Below, in pieces: positions 25,494 to 36,700 of a stretch of DNA of 43,763 nucleotides. Source of the stretch: Steroidobacteraceae bacterium (GTDB taxonomy: Bacteria; Pseudomonadota; Gammaproteobacteria; Steroidobacterales; Steroidobacteraceae); assembly GCA_035604655.1 (NCBI GenBank), contig DATNHZ010000051.1, positions 1 to 43,763 on the forward strand, given 5' to 3'. Position numbers and translations under genes: made by a program. How positions within the stretch are numbered: the first letter of the stretch is position 1; each line of letters starts with the position of its first letter. Under the pieces are notes generated by a model. That model saw only the letters and a list, made by a program, of their open reading frames with translations, did not search any database and had not been told where the DNA came from.

Positions 25494-26068
25494 GCCTTCA
25501 GCACGCCTTTCGCCTTCGCCGTGTGCGTCGCGATGGCATCCATCAGCGCCGGCGACAGGCAGTCGTAGGGCTCGAGCTTCAGCTCCTTGAGCCGCGCGCG
25601 GACGGCAGCCATCTGCTCAGGCTTAGCCGCGCCGGCCTCGATGATCGAGGAGACGAACGCCGCGAACTCCGGAGCGGCCCACCCCTTGTCCTTCGAGAGT
25701 TCCACGTGCACGAAGTCGAGCCCGTAGAACGGGTGGGCCTTGTTCTCGATGCGCCCGAACAGGTGCACGCCGCAGCCGCTGCAGGCGTGGCGCTGGATCG
25801 CCGCGGCCGGGTCGACGACCTTGAGCTTGTGGCCGTTCGCCGTGACCGTCAGCTTGTCCTTGGGCACGACCGCGACCACTGAAAACATCGCGCCCTTGGG
25901 CTTCCAGCACTTGGTGCAGCCACAGGCGTGATTGTGGGCGACGTTGCCCTTGATCGTGACGGTCACGGGGTCCTTAGAGCAGTGGCACGTCAGCGTGCCG
26001 CCGGCGAAGTTGGCCGTGCCGGGCCGCACACCGTTGTCGACGGACGGATGGATTGAAATCGTGGTCAT
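25490..26068 (-). CDS. gfa: S-(hydroxymethyl)glutathione synthase (glutathione-dependent formaldehyde-activating enzyme)
   Basis: Internal start [13 protein letters not shown]. Cys-rich zinc sites ([36 protein letters not shown]) are typical of Gfa. Confidence 0.9.
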   Translation of the reverse strand: MTTISIHPSVDNGVRPGTANFAGGTLTCHCSKDPVTVTIKGNVAHNHACGCTKCWKPKGAMFSVVAVVPKDKLTVTANGHKLKVVDPAAAIQRHACSGCGVHLFGRIENKAHPFYGLDFVHVELSKDKGWAAPEFAAFVSSIIEAGAAKPEQMAAVRARLKELKLEPYDCLSPALMDAIATHTAKAKGVLKA

Positions 26069-26087
26069 CGCAGCCCCCTCTGGTTGG

Positions 26088-27197
26088 TTAGTAGGTGACG
26101 ACGCTGCGGATGGACTCACCCGCATGCATCAGGTCGAACGCGGTGTTGATCTCATCGAGCGGCATCACGTGCGTGATCAACGGGTCGATCGCGATCTTCT
26201 TGTCCATGTACCAGTCGACGATCCTCGGCACGTCGGTGCGACCCCGGGCGCCACCGAACGCCGTGCCCTTCCAGACCCGGCCGGTGACCAGCTGGAACGG
26301 CCGGGTCTTGATCTCCTGGCCGGCGCCGGCGACACCGATGATCACCGACACGCCCCAGCCGCGATGGCAGCACTCGAGCGCCTGACGCATCAGGTCGACG
26401 TTGCCGACGCATTCGAAGCTGTAGTCCGCCCCGCCGTCGGTGAGCGCCACGAGATGCTGCACCAGATCGCCCTCGACCTCCTTCGGGTTCACGAACTGCG
26501 TCATGCCGAACTTCTCGGCGAGCGGCCGGCGCTTTGGATTGACGTCGACGCCTATGATCCTGTTCGCACCGACCAGCCGCGCACCCTGGATCACGTTCAA
26601 CCCGATGCCGCCGAGACCGAATACGACCACATTCGCGCCCGCTTCCACCTTGGCCGTGTTGATCACGGCCCCGATGCCGGTCGTGACGCCGCAGCCGATG
26701 TAGCAGACCTTGTCGAACGGCGCGTCGTCGCGGATCTTGGCTACCGCGATCTCCGGCAGCACCGTGTAGTTGGAGAACGTCGAGCAGCCCATGTAGTGGT
26801 GCACTTTCTCGCCGCCGATCGAGAAGCGGCTGGTGCCGTCGGGCATCACGCCCTTGCCCTGGGTCGCGCGTATCGCAGTGCACAGGTTGGTCTTGCGCGA
26901 GGTGCAGCTCTTGCACTGCCGGCACTCGGGCGTATAGAGAGGGATCACGTGGTCGCCCTTTCTCACCGCTGCGACCCCCGGACCCACGTCGACGACGATC
27001 CCCGCCCCCTCGTGCCCGAAGATGACGGGGAACAGGCCCTCGGGGTCGGCGCCCGAGCGCGTGAACTCATCCGTGTGGCAGATGCCGGTGGCCTTGAGCT
27101 CCACCAGCACCTCGCCCGCCTTCGGGCCGTCGAGATCGACAGTCACGATCTCGAGCGGCTTGCCGGCGGCGTAGGCAATCGCGGCGCGGGTCTTCAT
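26088..27197 (-). CDS. adhC: S-(hydroxymethyl)glutathione dehydrogenase / class III alcohol dehydrogenase
   Basis: [46 protein letters not shown]...GHEGAGIV...VFGLGGIGL. Confidence 0.95.
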   Translation of the reverse strand: MKTRAAIAYAAGKPLEIVTVDLDGPKAGEVLVELKATGICHTDEFTRSGADPEGLFPVIFGHEGAGIVVDVGPGVAAVRKGDHVIPLYTPECRQCKSCTSRKTNLCTAIRATQGKGVMPDGTSRFSIGGEKVHHYMGCSTFSNYTVLPEIAVAKIRDDAPFDKVCYIGCGVTTGIGAVINTAKVEAGANVVVFGLGGIGLNVIQGARLVGANRIIGVDVNPKRRPLAEKFGMTQFVNPKEVEGDLVQHLVALTDGGADYSFECVGNVDLMRQALECCHRGWGVSVIIGVAGAGQEIKTRPFQLVTGRVWKGTAFGGARGRTDVPRIVDWYMDKKIAIDPLITHVMPLDEINTAFDLMHAGESIRSVVTY

Positions 27198-27234
27198 CGA
27201 TCAGGTCCTCTTGGTAGGTCGAATAGCGAGCGGG

Positions 27235-27873
27235 TCAGGCGGCATCCGGCTGTGCTTCGGGGCGCGCGGCGGCAAATGCCGGCAGTGCCTCGAGCGCGGC
27301 GCTGATCGCGACCAGCGTCGGGAACCCCGTCAGGTCGCAGTCGACGCGGCGCGCATTGTAGACCTGGGGCACCAGGCAGATGTCGGCGAGCGTAATGCCG
27401 GCACCGTACAGGTGCTTGCCATCCGTCGAGTACCGGCGCGCGAGCTCCTCGAGCCCGCGGAAGCCCTCGCCGATCCAGTGGCGGGACCAGGTACCCACGC
27501 TGCGCTCGTCCTGATTGAGCGGGCCTTTGAGGTAGTTGCGCACCCGCAGGTTGTTGAGCGGGTGCACGTCGCAGGCGATCGCCTGTGCCATCGACCGGAC
27601 CATGGCCCGGCCGAGCGGGTCCGCCGGCAGCAGCGGCGGGGCCCGATGCGTCTCGTCCAGATACTCGATGATCGCGAGCGACTGGCTGATGACCGCGCCG
27701 CCGTCCTCGAGCGCCGGAATGAGTCCCTGGGGATTGAGCACGATGTAGTCGGGCGAACGGTGTTCCCCGGTCGCGAATTTCTTGGGAATGCTCTGGTAGG
27801 CGAGGCGCTTGACGTTGAGCGCGATCCGCACCCGGTACGCCGCGCTGCTCCGCCACATGGTGTACAGCTTCAT
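27235..27873 (-). CDS. maiA: Maleylacetoacetate isomerase (zeta-class glutathione S-transferase)
   Basis: Internal start MKLYTMWRSSAAYRVRIALN (zeta GST SSxxxRVRIAL-type motif), then NPQGLIPAL and SQSLAIIEYLDE. ATGA overlap with the upstream RDD gene. Confidence 0.85.
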   Translation of the reverse strand: MKLYTMWRSSAAYRVRIALNVKRLAYQSIPKKFATGEHRSPDYIVLNPQGLIPALEDGGAVISQSLAIIEYLDETHRAPPLLPADPLGRAMVRSMAQAIACDVHPLNNLRVRNYLKGPLNQDERSVGTWSRHWIGEGFRGLEELARRYSTDGKHLYGAGITLADICLVPQVYNARRVDCDLTGFPTLVAISAALEALPAFAAARPEAQPDAA

Positions 27874-28430
27874 TGCGGCTCCTGCCCGGGAAACACGACG
27901 TGCGCCGACGGACGCAGCTTCGGCCGCACCACGACCGTCCCGGCAAGCTTGTCGTGCCAGCCCTGCTTGCGGGGATCCCAGCCGACCCACAGCAGGCCGA
28001 GCAGCAGCGGGATGGTTGACACGAAGTAGCCGAGGTAGCGGACCACGAGTTGCCGGGTGGAAGGTGCCGCTCCGCTCCCGGCATCGACGATCCGCGCGCG
28101 GATCAGCATCTTGCCCGGGGTGGCACTGCGGCGGCGCCAGAACAGCACGACCAGTACCGCCGGCAACACATAGCTCACGACGAAGTCGACCGGCGTCGGC
28201 GCCAGCGCCGCGGCGAGCTCCGACACCGAGACGCTCGCCGGATCGCGCAGCATCACGTCGGTCAATGCACTGTTCGCGTGCTCGAAGACGAAGCCGAGCA
28301 GCACGATGATGGGCGTCAGCCACAGCGTGTCGACGCATGCAGCCACGACCCTGAGCCAGAAGCCGACGTACTCGAGCTCGCCGGCCGGCGGACCGGCCCG
28401 TGGCACAGCTGGTTGCGGTGCGCCGCTCAC
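27870..28430 (-). CDS. RDD family membrane protein
   Basis: GTG start overlaps the FAD-oxidase stop (GTGA, 28427-28430). YVGFWLRVVAACVDTLW, TPGKMLIRARIVD and WHDKLAGTVVV are typical RDD domain features, with three hydrophobic segments. Confidence 0.75.
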   Translation of the reverse strand: MSGAPQPAVPRAGPPAGELEYVGFWLRVVAACVDTLWLTPIIVLLGFVFEHANSALTDVMLRDPASVSVSELAAALAPTPVDFVVSYVLPAVLVVLFWRRRSATPGKMLIRARIVDAGSGAAPSTRQLVVRYLGYFVSTIPLLLGLLWVGWDPRKQGWHDKLAGTVVVRPKLRPSAHVVFPGQEPQ

Positions 28431-29812
28431 AGCACGCGGCCCGGGTTCAGGATGTTGCGCGGATCGAGCGTCGCCTTCAGTGTCCTCATCAGCGTGATCT
28501 CGGCCGGGCCGCGCGACATGCCCAGGTAGCCGCGCTTCAGCACTCCGATGCCGTGCTCGGCCGACACCGAGCCGAATCCCTCGAGCGCGCCGTAGATCAG
28601 CGCATCGAGCGCGCGGACGTCGGCCGCTGCCTTCGCCGCCGCGACGATGTGCAGGTTGCCATCGCCCAGGTGCCCGAAGATGAACAGCGGGAATTCGCGC
28701 AGCAGCGGCGCCGTTGCCCGCCCAATCGCTTGCAGGTAGTCGTCCATGCGCGCGATCGGCAAGGAGATGTCGTAGGCCGTCACCGGCATCAGATGCATCA
28801 TCAGCTCGCCGGCCGATTCGCGGACCCGCCACAGGCGCGCGCTGTCCTCGAGCGAACGCGCGAGCACGGCGTCGGTTGCGAATCCGTCCTCGATCAGCTG
28901 CGCCAGCAGCGTCTCGAAGCGTTCGCTGTCGCCGGCCGGCTCGAGCGCCTCGAGCTCGACCAGCGCATAGTAAGGATGGCGTGCCGCGAAGGGCCGCGGG
29001 CCCGTCAATACCTTCGAGGCCGCGAACTCGTAGTAGTCGGACCACATCACCTCGAACGAACCGAGCTGCCCACCGAGCGCCGCGCTCACCTCGTGCAGCA
29101 CTGCAACCAGGCCAGTGAACGACGGAATCGCGACCAGCGCCGTGAGTCGGTCGCGCGGCGCAGGGTGCAGCCGCAGCACGGCGCGCGTCACGACGCCGAG
29201 CGTGCCCTCGGTTCCGATGAACAGCTGCTTGAGGTCGTAGCCGGCGTTGTTCTTCAGCATCGAGTTCATCGACGACAGTACGGTGCCGTCCGCCAGCACG
29301 GCCTCGAGACCCAGCACCAGCGCGCGCGTCATGCCGTAGCGGATCACGCGGTTGCCACCGGCATTGGTCGCGATGTTGCCGCCGATCTGGCAGGAGCCGC
29401 GAGCGGGAAGGTCGAGCGCGAACTGCAGTCCGTGGCCGGCGACCGCCTCGTGAATGGCCGCGAGCAGCGTGCCCGCGCGCACGCAAACCGTTCCGCCGTC
29501 GACGTCGATCGCCTCGATTCCGCTGAGCCGTTCGAGGGACAGCGACAGCTCGCCCGGTCGCGGCGTCGCGCCTCCGGCGAGACCGGTGAGCCCGCCCTGG
29601 ATCACGACCGGTTGCGACACGCCGTGGCAGCGACGCAGGATCGTCGCGACCTCCTCCGTCGAGCGCGGCCGGAGCACTGCGGCGGGCGGGCAGGCGTTCA
29701 GCCGCGTCCAGTCAGAATGATAGCGGGCGCCGATCGTCTCCCCGGTCAGCACGCCGCCCGGGCCGAGCTCCGAATCGAGGCTTGCGAGCAGCGCGGCGGT
29801 CTGTTGCATCAT
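28427..29812 (-). CDS. FAD-binding oxidoreductase (GlcD / D-2-hydroxyacid dehydrogenase family)
   Basis: 461 aa. PCMH-type FAD domain (VVIQGGLTGLAGGATP, IGGNIATNAGGNRVIRYG, LFIGTEGTLGVVT) and C-terminal FGHLGDGNLH...SAEHGIG. Confidence 0.85.
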   Translation of the reverse strand: MMQQTAALLASLDSELGPGGVLTGETIGARYHSDWTRLNACPPAAVLRPRSTEEVATILRRCHGVSQPVVIQGGLTGLAGGATPRPGELSLSLERLSGIEAIDVDGGTVCVRAGTLLAAIHEAVAGHGLQFALDLPARGSCQIGGNIATNAGGNRVIRYGMTRALVLGLEAVLADGTVLSSMNSMLKNNAGYDLKQLFIGTEGTLGVVTRAVLRLHPAPRDRLTALVAIPSFTGLVAVLHEVSAALGGQLGSFEVMWSDYYEFAASKVLTGPRPFAARHPYYALVELEALEPAGDSERFETLLAQLIEDGFATDAVLARSLEDSARLWRVRESAGELMMHLMPVTAYDISLPIARMDDYLQAIGRATAPLLREFPLFIFGHLGDGNLHIVAAAKAAADVRALDALIYGALEGFGSVSAEHGIGVLKRGYLGMSRGPAEITLMRTLKATLDPRNILNPGRVL

Positions 29813-29971
29813 GGAGCGGATCAGTCTCGGCAGGCCGCCTCGCGATCAGCGGCCCGGCTATGGTTCCACCTCGCGGCCGGCGTTTCAACACAGCCGTCGC
29901 GGCCGGACGCTTGCCGCGCTGCGAGGTGCTGGTGTACGAGCTACGGCCCGTGCCGGGGCCGGCAGTACCCG

Positions 29972-30883
29972 TCAGTGACCGCCTTCGCCGTAGCGCAGCT
30001 CACCCGCGGAGACGCGCAGCGTCAGGTGGTTCTGCGGCGGCGGCAACGGGCAGGTGGCGAAGGGCGTGAACGCGCACGGCGGATTGTAGGCCTTGTTGAA
30101 ATCGACCAGAACCTTCCCGGCAGCCGGCAATGGTGCCGACAGGAAGCGCCCGCCGCCGTAGGTTTCATGGCCCGAGGTCGCATCGGCAAACATCACGAAC
30201 AGCTCATCGGCGCCGGGTTCCTCGAGCAGTGAATCGAGCCGCCATTCGTGCCCGTCGCGCTCGAAGACGATGGCGCCAGGCGATTCCATGTCGATCTGCA
30301 TGCCGAGCACGTTGACGATCGGCACGTGGTGCGGCGGATCGTAGGGTTCAAAGCGCGCGGCGATGGCCCAGTTTGGATCGGCCGGAAAGTAGTCGAGGCC
30401 GCGGAACTCCCGCCGCGCGCGGCTGGCCCGGTCCCTGATCCGGACACCGAACTGCCCGCCGCGCTCGATGACGAAGAACTGCAGCGAGCCGCAGCTCAGC
30501 ACGGTCGGCTCACCGCTGAGGTCGGACTGCAGGGTCTGCGCAATGAGCGGCCGTCCCGCCAGCTGTACGCACCCGCCCCGGCCGGCCTCGAAGCGGACCG
30601 CGCCGCCCGACAGGACGAACCGGCCGGCGCGGCGTCCAAGCTGCGGGTCATTGAGTGAGATCGCGTTCGAACGGTCGCGTCCGAAGGTATTGGCGCCGTC
30701 CTTGAGCCAGTAGAGCCCGACCAGGGTCAGCCAGCCGCTCTCGTCGGTGAGCGACGCGAGCCGCTGCGCCCGCCAGGCGGCGATCGCGGTGTCGTCCTCG
30801 CCAGCCGGCATCGCGGCCATGGTGAGGCATGTCGTCGCAACCGCGACGGCTGCGAGCGCGAGGTTTCGCCACTGGATGCTCAA
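29972..30883 (-). CDS. DUF1684 domain-containing protein (secreted)
   Basis: C-terminal GGGRFL...VDFNKAYNPPCAFTPFATCPLPPPQN is the DUF1684 signature. A TTG at 30883 gives a signal-peptide-like MSIQWRNLALAAVAVATTCLTMAA, but the start is uncertain. The longer ORF upstream is Arg-rich and would overlap the next gene. Confidence 0.7.
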   Translation of the reverse strand: MSIQWRNLALAAVAVATTCLTMAAMPAGEDDTAIAAWRAQRLASLTDESGWLTLVGLYWLKDGANTFGRDRSNAISLNDPQLGRRAGRFVLSGGAVRFEAGRGGCVQLAGRPLIAQTLQSDLSGEPTVLSCGSLQFFVIERGGQFGVRIRDRASRARREFRGLDYFPADPNWAIAARFEPYDPPHHVPIVNVLGMQIDMESPGAIVFERDGHEWRLDSLLEEPGADELFVMFADATSGHETYGGGRFLSAPLPAAGKVLVDFNKAYNPPCAFTPFATCPLPPPQNHLTLRVSAGELRYGEGGH

Positions 30884-31023
30884 GGCCGTGCATGTCCGAT
30901 CGCGGACGCCGCCGCTACTTCGATCGCATGGTGGAGCTTGCCCGGGTCGGAGGCAAGTCCCGACGGCGACGGCTCTCTGACCGCGCGAGCGAGGCCGGAC
31001 CGATGCGCGGTCAGCGCGCCGCG

Positions 31024-31323
31024 TCAGTCGAGTCGGCGCACGGCGAGCGATTGCAGCGCGCCGTCCTCGGTCAGCCGCCCGTCGAGCTCGATCGGCTGGC
31101 AGCAGATCTGGCAATCCTCTACGTAGCTGAACGATCCGGCCGTCAGATCGATCAGTGTTTGGAACGACTCGCCGCAGTACGGGCAGTCGATGGCGACGAA
31201 CTCGCCCAGGCCGGCCGCGCCGGCGGCGGCGCCGGGCTCGAACACCGGTTCGAGCCCGTACCGGGCATCGACGCTCGCCGCGTCCGGGACCGCGCCGGCG
31301 GGGTTCCTGTACTGCCGTTTCAT
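31024..31323 (-). CDS. CPXCG motif-containing cysteine-rich protein
   Basis: IDCPYCGESFQTLIDLTAGSFSYVEDCQICCQPI matches the CPxCG...EDCxxCC family pattern. ATG at 31323 is preceded by GAGGA. The N-terminal ~40 aa is longer than usual for this family. Confidence 0.7.
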   Translation of the reverse strand: MKRQYRNPAGAVPDAASVDARYGLEPVFEPGAAAGAAGLGEFVAIDCPYCGESFQTLIDLTAGSFSYVEDCQICCQPIELDGRLTEDGALQSLAVRRLD

Positions 31324-31336
31324 CAGCGAGCGTTCC

Positions 31337-31933
31337 TCAGTGTCCGCCGTGGACGATCAGTCCCTCGGCGCGGAGCGCCTCGGCGAGCTCTGCCTCTATC
31401 CGGGTCGCCTCCGAGGGCCTGAGGCGCTGTAGATGCTGCACCGGTCCGATCAGCACCTCAAGGCCGCGTTTCAGGACGCTGCCCGCCGCGCGGATGCCGG
31501 CCTTGTGCTGATCGAAGCGCTCGGCCGGCGAGTACTCGGTCATGCCGACGTACACCCCGTGCGGCCCGCGCGGGCTGTCGGCGTAGTCGAGCAGCACGAG
31601 GTACAGGTTGGAGCGACCCCCGGCCGTGCCCCGGCAGCGCCCGGCCACCTCATAGACCAGAGGCAGCCACTCGACGTATCGCATCGGCAGCCACTGCGGG
31701 ATCGAGTCGGCCGCCCGCGCCCACAACTGCGCGAGCGCGCGCTCGACGGTGACCGCCATCTCGCCGCGCATGCACAGCTCATGGATGCACTCGGCGCCGG
31801 CGAGACCGTCGCCGCGGCGCAGCGCTGCCTCGAGCTCTTTCAGCACCGCCGGCTTCGAGGCCGAGCGGTGCGGCCGCCGCGGCCCCTGACAATCCTCCTG
31901 CCGCGCGCCGGACTTCTCGCCGCTCTTCAACAT
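31337..31933 (-). CDS. Hypothetical protein with a C-terminal GIY-YIG-like domain
   Basis: Internal start MLKSGEK, 9 bp after the acyl-CoA dehydrogenase stop. NLYLVLLDY...HGVYVGMTEYSPAERFDQHKAG...EATRIEAELAEALRAEG resembles the GIY-YIG core (Y-x-G-x-T...R...H...E). The N-terminal ~100 aa is unassigned. Confidence 0.45.
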   Translation of the reverse strand: MLKSGEKSGARQEDCQGPRRPHRSASKPAVLKELEAALRRGDGLAGAECIHELCMRGEMAVTVERALAQLWARAADSIPQWLPMRYVEWLPLVYEVAGRCRGTAGGRSNLYLVLLDYADSPRGPHGVYVGMTEYSPAERFDQHKAGIRAAGSVLKRGLEVLIGPVQHLQRLRPSEATRIEAELAEALRAEGLIVHGGH

Positions 31934-31941
31934 CCGCTCCG

Positions 31942-33711
31942 CTACAGGAGCTCCGCGTCCGTGGCTACGATTACGCCGACGCCGCTGTCGATCACCGCAG
32001 CGTGCATCAGCGCGCGCGGCAGGATCTGCGAGGCGTAGAACGCGGCGCAGTCGAGCACCGCGCCGGTCTGCCGGGACCCGAGCGCGGCACCGGGGCCATG
32101 GGCTGCAATCACGCTCCGCGCCCATTGCCACCCACCGCACACATAGCCGATCAGCTGCAGGTAATGGACGGAAGTGGCCCCGACCAGATCCGCATCGCCG
32201 CGGACACCCTCCAGCAGCGATCGGGTCGCGGCCTCGGCGCGATCGATCGCAGCCCCGAGGCCGCGGCGCAAGGTCTCGATGCGCGGATCTCCCGCGGGCA
32301 GCGTGGCGACGGTCTGCCGCATCTCGGCGATGAATGTGGCGAGGGCGCGCCCGTCATCGCGAAGCACCTTGCGTCCGAGCAGATCCTGGGCCTGGATCCC
32401 GTTGGTTCCCTCGTAGATGGACGTGATTCGCACATCGCGGTAGCACTGCGCGGCGCCCGCGTCCTCGGTGAATCCCATGCCACCCAGCACCTGTACCGCG
32501 AGCGAGGTCACCTCGATGGCCAAGTCGCTGCACCACGCCTTGACGACCGGGGTCAGCAGGTCGGCGCGTGCCTGCGCCGCTGCCGCAGGCGCGCCTTGCG
32601 CGTGATGTGCCACATCGAGCGCCACCGCCGCCGCATACGTGAGTCCGCGCCCCGCCTGCACCAGGGACTTCATCGTCAGCAGCATGCGCCGGACGTCAGC
32701 GTGGGCGAGGATGACGGTCGGCTTGCCGTCCGCGTCCCTCCCCTGCAGCCGCTCGCGCGCGTGCTGTACGGCGATCTGGTAGGCGTGCTCGGCGACCCCG
32801 AGCGCTTGCTCGCCCACACCGAGGCGCATGTGGTTCATCATCGTGAACATGCCGGGCAGCCCCTGGTGCAGGCCGCCGACGAGGAAAGCCTCAGCCCCGG
32901 GACCGTCACCGAGCGCCAGCACGCAGGTGGGACTCGCGTGGATCCCCATCTTGTGCTCCACCGATACGCAGCGGATGTCATTGGCTTCGCCGCAGCGGCC
33001 ATCGGCGAGAACGCGATAGCGCGGTGCGACGAACAGCGACAGCCCCTTGACGCCCGATGGCGCGTTTGGTGCGCGCGCGAGCACGAGGTGCACGATGTTG
33101 TCCGTCAGGTCGTGCTCGCCCCAGGTGATGTAGATCTTGCGGCCGCGGAGTCGCCAGCCCTCGCCGGCCGGCTCGGCGCGCGTCGTCACCGTCGACAGGT
33201 CCGATCCGGCCTGCGGCTCCGTCAGGCACATCGTGCCGGCCCATTCGCCGCTGACGAGCTTGGGGAGGAAGCGCGCGCGCAGCGCGGGTGTCGCATGCTG
33301 CGTGAGCGCGGCGATCGCACCGCTGCCGAGCTCGGGGCAGAGCGCAAAGGCCATGTTGGCCGCACCCCAGATCTCCACGGTCGCGGCATGCAGCGCGAAC
33401 GGCATGCCCTGGCCGCCGTAGTCGGGCGGGCCGCCGAGCGAGTTCCAGCCGTCGGCGACGAAGCGTCGATAGGCTTCGCGAAAACCGGGCGGCGTGGTCA
33501 CGCCATTTGGCGTGACGCTCGACCCGATGCGGTCGCCGACCGCATTGAGCGGCGCGAGCACTTCGGTGGCGAACCGGGCCGCGCCTTCGAGCACGGCATC
33601 GACGACGTCGGGTGTGACCTCGGCGAAGGCCGGCAGTGCGCGGATGCAGTCGAGCCCGGCGGTGTGTTCGAGGACGAAGCGCATGTGCGCGACCGGAGCG
33701 GCATAGGTCAT
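31942..33711 (-). CDS. Long-form acyl-CoA dehydrogenase (with extra C-terminal domain)
   Basis: 589 aa: GWNSLGGPPDYGGQGMP, MCLTEPQAGSDL, KIYITWGEHD and IYEGTNGIQAQDL. Confidence 0.9.
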   Translation of the reverse strand: MTYAAPVAHMRFVLEHTAGLDCIRALPAFAEVTPDVVDAVLEGAARFATEVLAPLNAVGDRIGSSVTPNGVTTPPGFREAYRRFVADGWNSLGGPPDYGGQGMPFALHAATVEIWGAANMAFALCPELGSGAIAALTQHATPALRARFLPKLVSGEWAGTMCLTEPQAGSDLSTVTTRAEPAGEGWRLRGRKIYITWGEHDLTDNIVHLVLARAPNAPSGVKGLSLFVAPRYRVLADGRCGEANDIRCVSVEHKMGIHASPTCVLALGDGPGAEAFLVGGLHQGLPGMFTMMNHMRLGVGEQALGVAEHAYQIAVQHARERLQGRDADGKPTVILAHADVRRMLLTMKSLVQAGRGLTYAAAVALDVAHHAQGAPAAAAQARADLLTPVVKAWCSDLAIEVTSLAVQVLGGMGFTEDAGAAQCYRDVRITSIYEGTNGIQAQDLLGRKVLRDDGRALATFIAEMRQTVATLPAGDPRIETLRRGLGAAIDRAEAATRSLLEGVRGDADLVGATSVHYLQLIGYVCGGWQWARSVIAAHGPGAALGSRQTGAVLDCAAFYASQILPRALMHAAVIDSGVGVIVATDAELL

Positions 33712-33719
33712 GTTGATCC

Positions 33720-36700
33720 TCAGGCGGCGCGATCAACGACCGGTGCCGGTTTGCGCCACTGTGCCAGCAGTTCGGCCTCGCAGCGCCGGGCACGGTCCAG
33801 ATGTTTGAGCTTGACGTGACCGTAGCCGCGGATCTGTTCGGGAATACCGGCGAGCTCGGTGGCGAGCGCGTACCGTGACGCATCGAGCCCGGCCAGCAGT
33901 TCGTCCACCAGGGCCTCGTACTCGACAATCAGCCGGCGCTCGAGCTTGCGCTCGGCACTGCGCCCGAACGGATCGAATGGCGTGCCGCGCAGCCAGCGCA
34001 GCCGCGCCAGCCAGCGAAACGCGGTCAGCACCCACGGGCCGAACTCGCGCTTGCGCGGCACGCCGGTCACCGGGTCGCGGCGCGCGAGCAGCGGCGGGGC
34101 CAGGTTGAACCGCAACCGGTAGCCGCCGGTGAAGGTGCCGGCGACCTGGGCGCGGAACGATTCGGACGAATACAGTCGCGCGACCTCGTACTCGTCCTTG
34201 TAGGCCAGCAGCTTGAAGTAGGCGCGGGCCACGGTCTCGGCCAGACCCGAGCGCCCCGGGACACGTGCCTGCTGAGCGGCGGCGGTCCGATCGACGAGCG
34301 AGCGGTAGCGGCGTGCGTAGCTGGCGTCCTGGTAGTCGGCGAGGAAGCGTTCGCGAACCGCGACGATGTCGGCAAGCGTCGTGGCGAGCGGCGCCGGTGC
34401 GCCACCCGCGGCGCCGAGCAGGCCGGCGAACCGGGCCGGATCGTGAGCGGCGAGCCGACCGAGCGCAAGCGCCCGGCGGTTGAACGCGACCGCGACGCCG
34501 TTGAGCTCGAGCGCCCGCTCGAGCGCGCCGCGCGACACGGGCAGCAGGCCCTGCTGCAGCGCATAGCCGACCACGAACATGTTGCTGCCGACCGTGTCGC
34601 CGAGCAGCCGGAGCGCGGCGCGCGTGGCCGGCACGGCGAGCGTCGCGGCTGCGCCGGCGATCGCCTCGATCGCGGCGCGCAGGTCGTCCGGACGGAAATC
34701 GACATCCGGGTTCTGCTGGAACGCGGCGGTCGGCACGAGCTCCGTATTGAGCACGACCGTGGTCCGGCCCGGGTCCAGCGCGCGCAGCACTTCTACGGAG
34801 GCCGCCACCACGAGGTCGCAGCCGAGCACCAGGTCAGCCTCGAGCGGGCCGACGCGCGGCGCGTGGATCAGGTCCGCGCTCGCGGCGATCTTGACGTGCG
34901 ACAGCACCGCACCACCCTTCTGGGCGAGGCCGGTCATGTCGAAGACGCTGGCAGCGAGGCCGTCGAGGTGCGCGGCCGTGCCGAGCACCGCGCCGACAGT
35001 CACGACGCCGGTGCCGCCGATACCGCCGATCAGTACCGCGAACCCGGCTCCGGGCTGCGCCCGCGCGGGTTCCGGCAGCGCGGCGAGCGCTTGGGAGTCG
35101 ATTGCCGCCGGCGCCGGCTTGCTGAGCGCGCCACCATCCACCGTCACGAACGACGGACAGAAGCCGGTGGCACAGGAGTAGTCCTTGTTGCAGCTCGACT
35201 GGTCGATGCGCCGCTTGCGACCGAACTCCGTCTCTTGCGGCTCGATCGACACGCAGTTCGACTGCACCGAGCAGTCGCCGCAGCCTTCGCACACGAGCTC
35301 GTTGATCAGCATGCGCCGCTGCGGATCCGGATACGCGCCCCGCTTGCGGCGGCGGCGCTTCTCGGCCGCGCAGGTCTGGTCATAGATCAGCGCCGATACA
35401 CCGCGCACGGCGCGCAGCTCGCGCTGTAGCGCATCGAGCGCGCTGCGATCATGCACGGTCGTGCCCGGCGCGAACAGCGGGTCGCGGCCGTACTTGGCGA
35501 CATCGTCGCTGACGACGGCGATCCGCGCGACGCGCTCGGCGCGCAGCTGGTGGGTGATTTCCGCGACCGACAGCCCGCCTTCGACGGCCTGGCCGCCGGT
35601 CATCGCGACCGCATCGTTGTAGAGGATCTTGTAGGTGATGCTGGCACCGGCCGTGACAGCCGCGCGAATTGCCAGCAACCCGGAATGAAAGTAGGTGCCG
35701 TCGCCGAGATTCTGGAAGACATGCGGCAGTTCCGTGAACGGCGCGATGCCGACCCAGTTGACTCCCTCGCCACCCATGTGCGTCGGCTGCAGCGTGTTGC
35801 GGTTCATGTACAACGCCATCGTGTGGCAGCCGATGCCGGCGAGCGCGAGGCTGCCCTCGGGGACCCGCGTCGAGGAGTTGTGCGGGCAGCCGGAACAGAA
35901 GTACGGGATCCGCACGGTCAGCCCGCCCTTGCGCTCGCGTACGGCGGCGAGCCTGCGCTCGAGGAGCTCGAGCCGCAGTATCAGCGCCTGGTCCGCGAGC
36001 CCGAGTGAGGCGAGCCGCGCACCGATCAGCCGCGCGATGTCGAGCGACTCGAGCACGACTGCCTCCGGCACCAGCGGTGCGCCGGTCTCGTCACGCTTGC
36101 CGACGAGTCGCGGCCGTTCGCCGTGGGGCAGGTTGTAGAGCACGTGCGCCGCCTGCGGCTCCAGGAACGGCGCCTTCTCCTCGATCACGAAGAGTTCGCG
36201 CCGGCCGCGCGCGAATTCGATCAGGCCCGCGGGCTCGAGCGGCCAGATCATCGCCGGCTTGTAGACCGCGATGCCGACGGCCGCGGCCCGCGCACCGTCG
36301 AGGCCGAGGGCCGCGAGCGCCTGCGCGACGTCGAGCCAGGACTTGCCGGCGGCGACGATGCCGAGGCCCTGCGTCGCGCCGCCGTGCGTGATGCGGTCGA
36401 GCCGGTTGGCACGCACGAAGGCCTGCGCCGCCGGCAGTTTGAAGCGCTGCAGCCGCTGGTCGTCGCCGACCGGGTCGAACACGAAGCGCGCATGCACGCC
36501 CTCGGGCGGCATCGCCGCATCCACCGGCAGCGTGATCATGACCCGCGCCGGGTCCACCTCAGCGGTCGCGGACGTCTCGACCGTGTCGTTGACGCACTTG
36601 ATGCCGACCCACACGCCCGCGAAACGCGACAGCGCAAAGCCGTAGAGGCCCAGGTCGAGGTACTCCTGCACGGTCGCCGGGTACAGCACCGGCACGCCGT

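Noticed and set aside
28401-28416. TGGCAC-N6-TTGC on the plus strand
   Set aside because: The spacing is one base too long. It lies inside the RDD coding sequence and is antisense to the operon.
28400-30232. 610-aa plus-strand ORF
   Set aside because: Antisense to the well-supported FAD oxidase and DUF1684 genes. It is Arg-rich with no recognisable domain, so I treat it as a shadow frame.
32002-33819. 605-aa plus-strand ORF
   Set aside because: Antisense to the acyl-CoA dehydrogenase, which has clear family motifs. It has shadow-frame composition.
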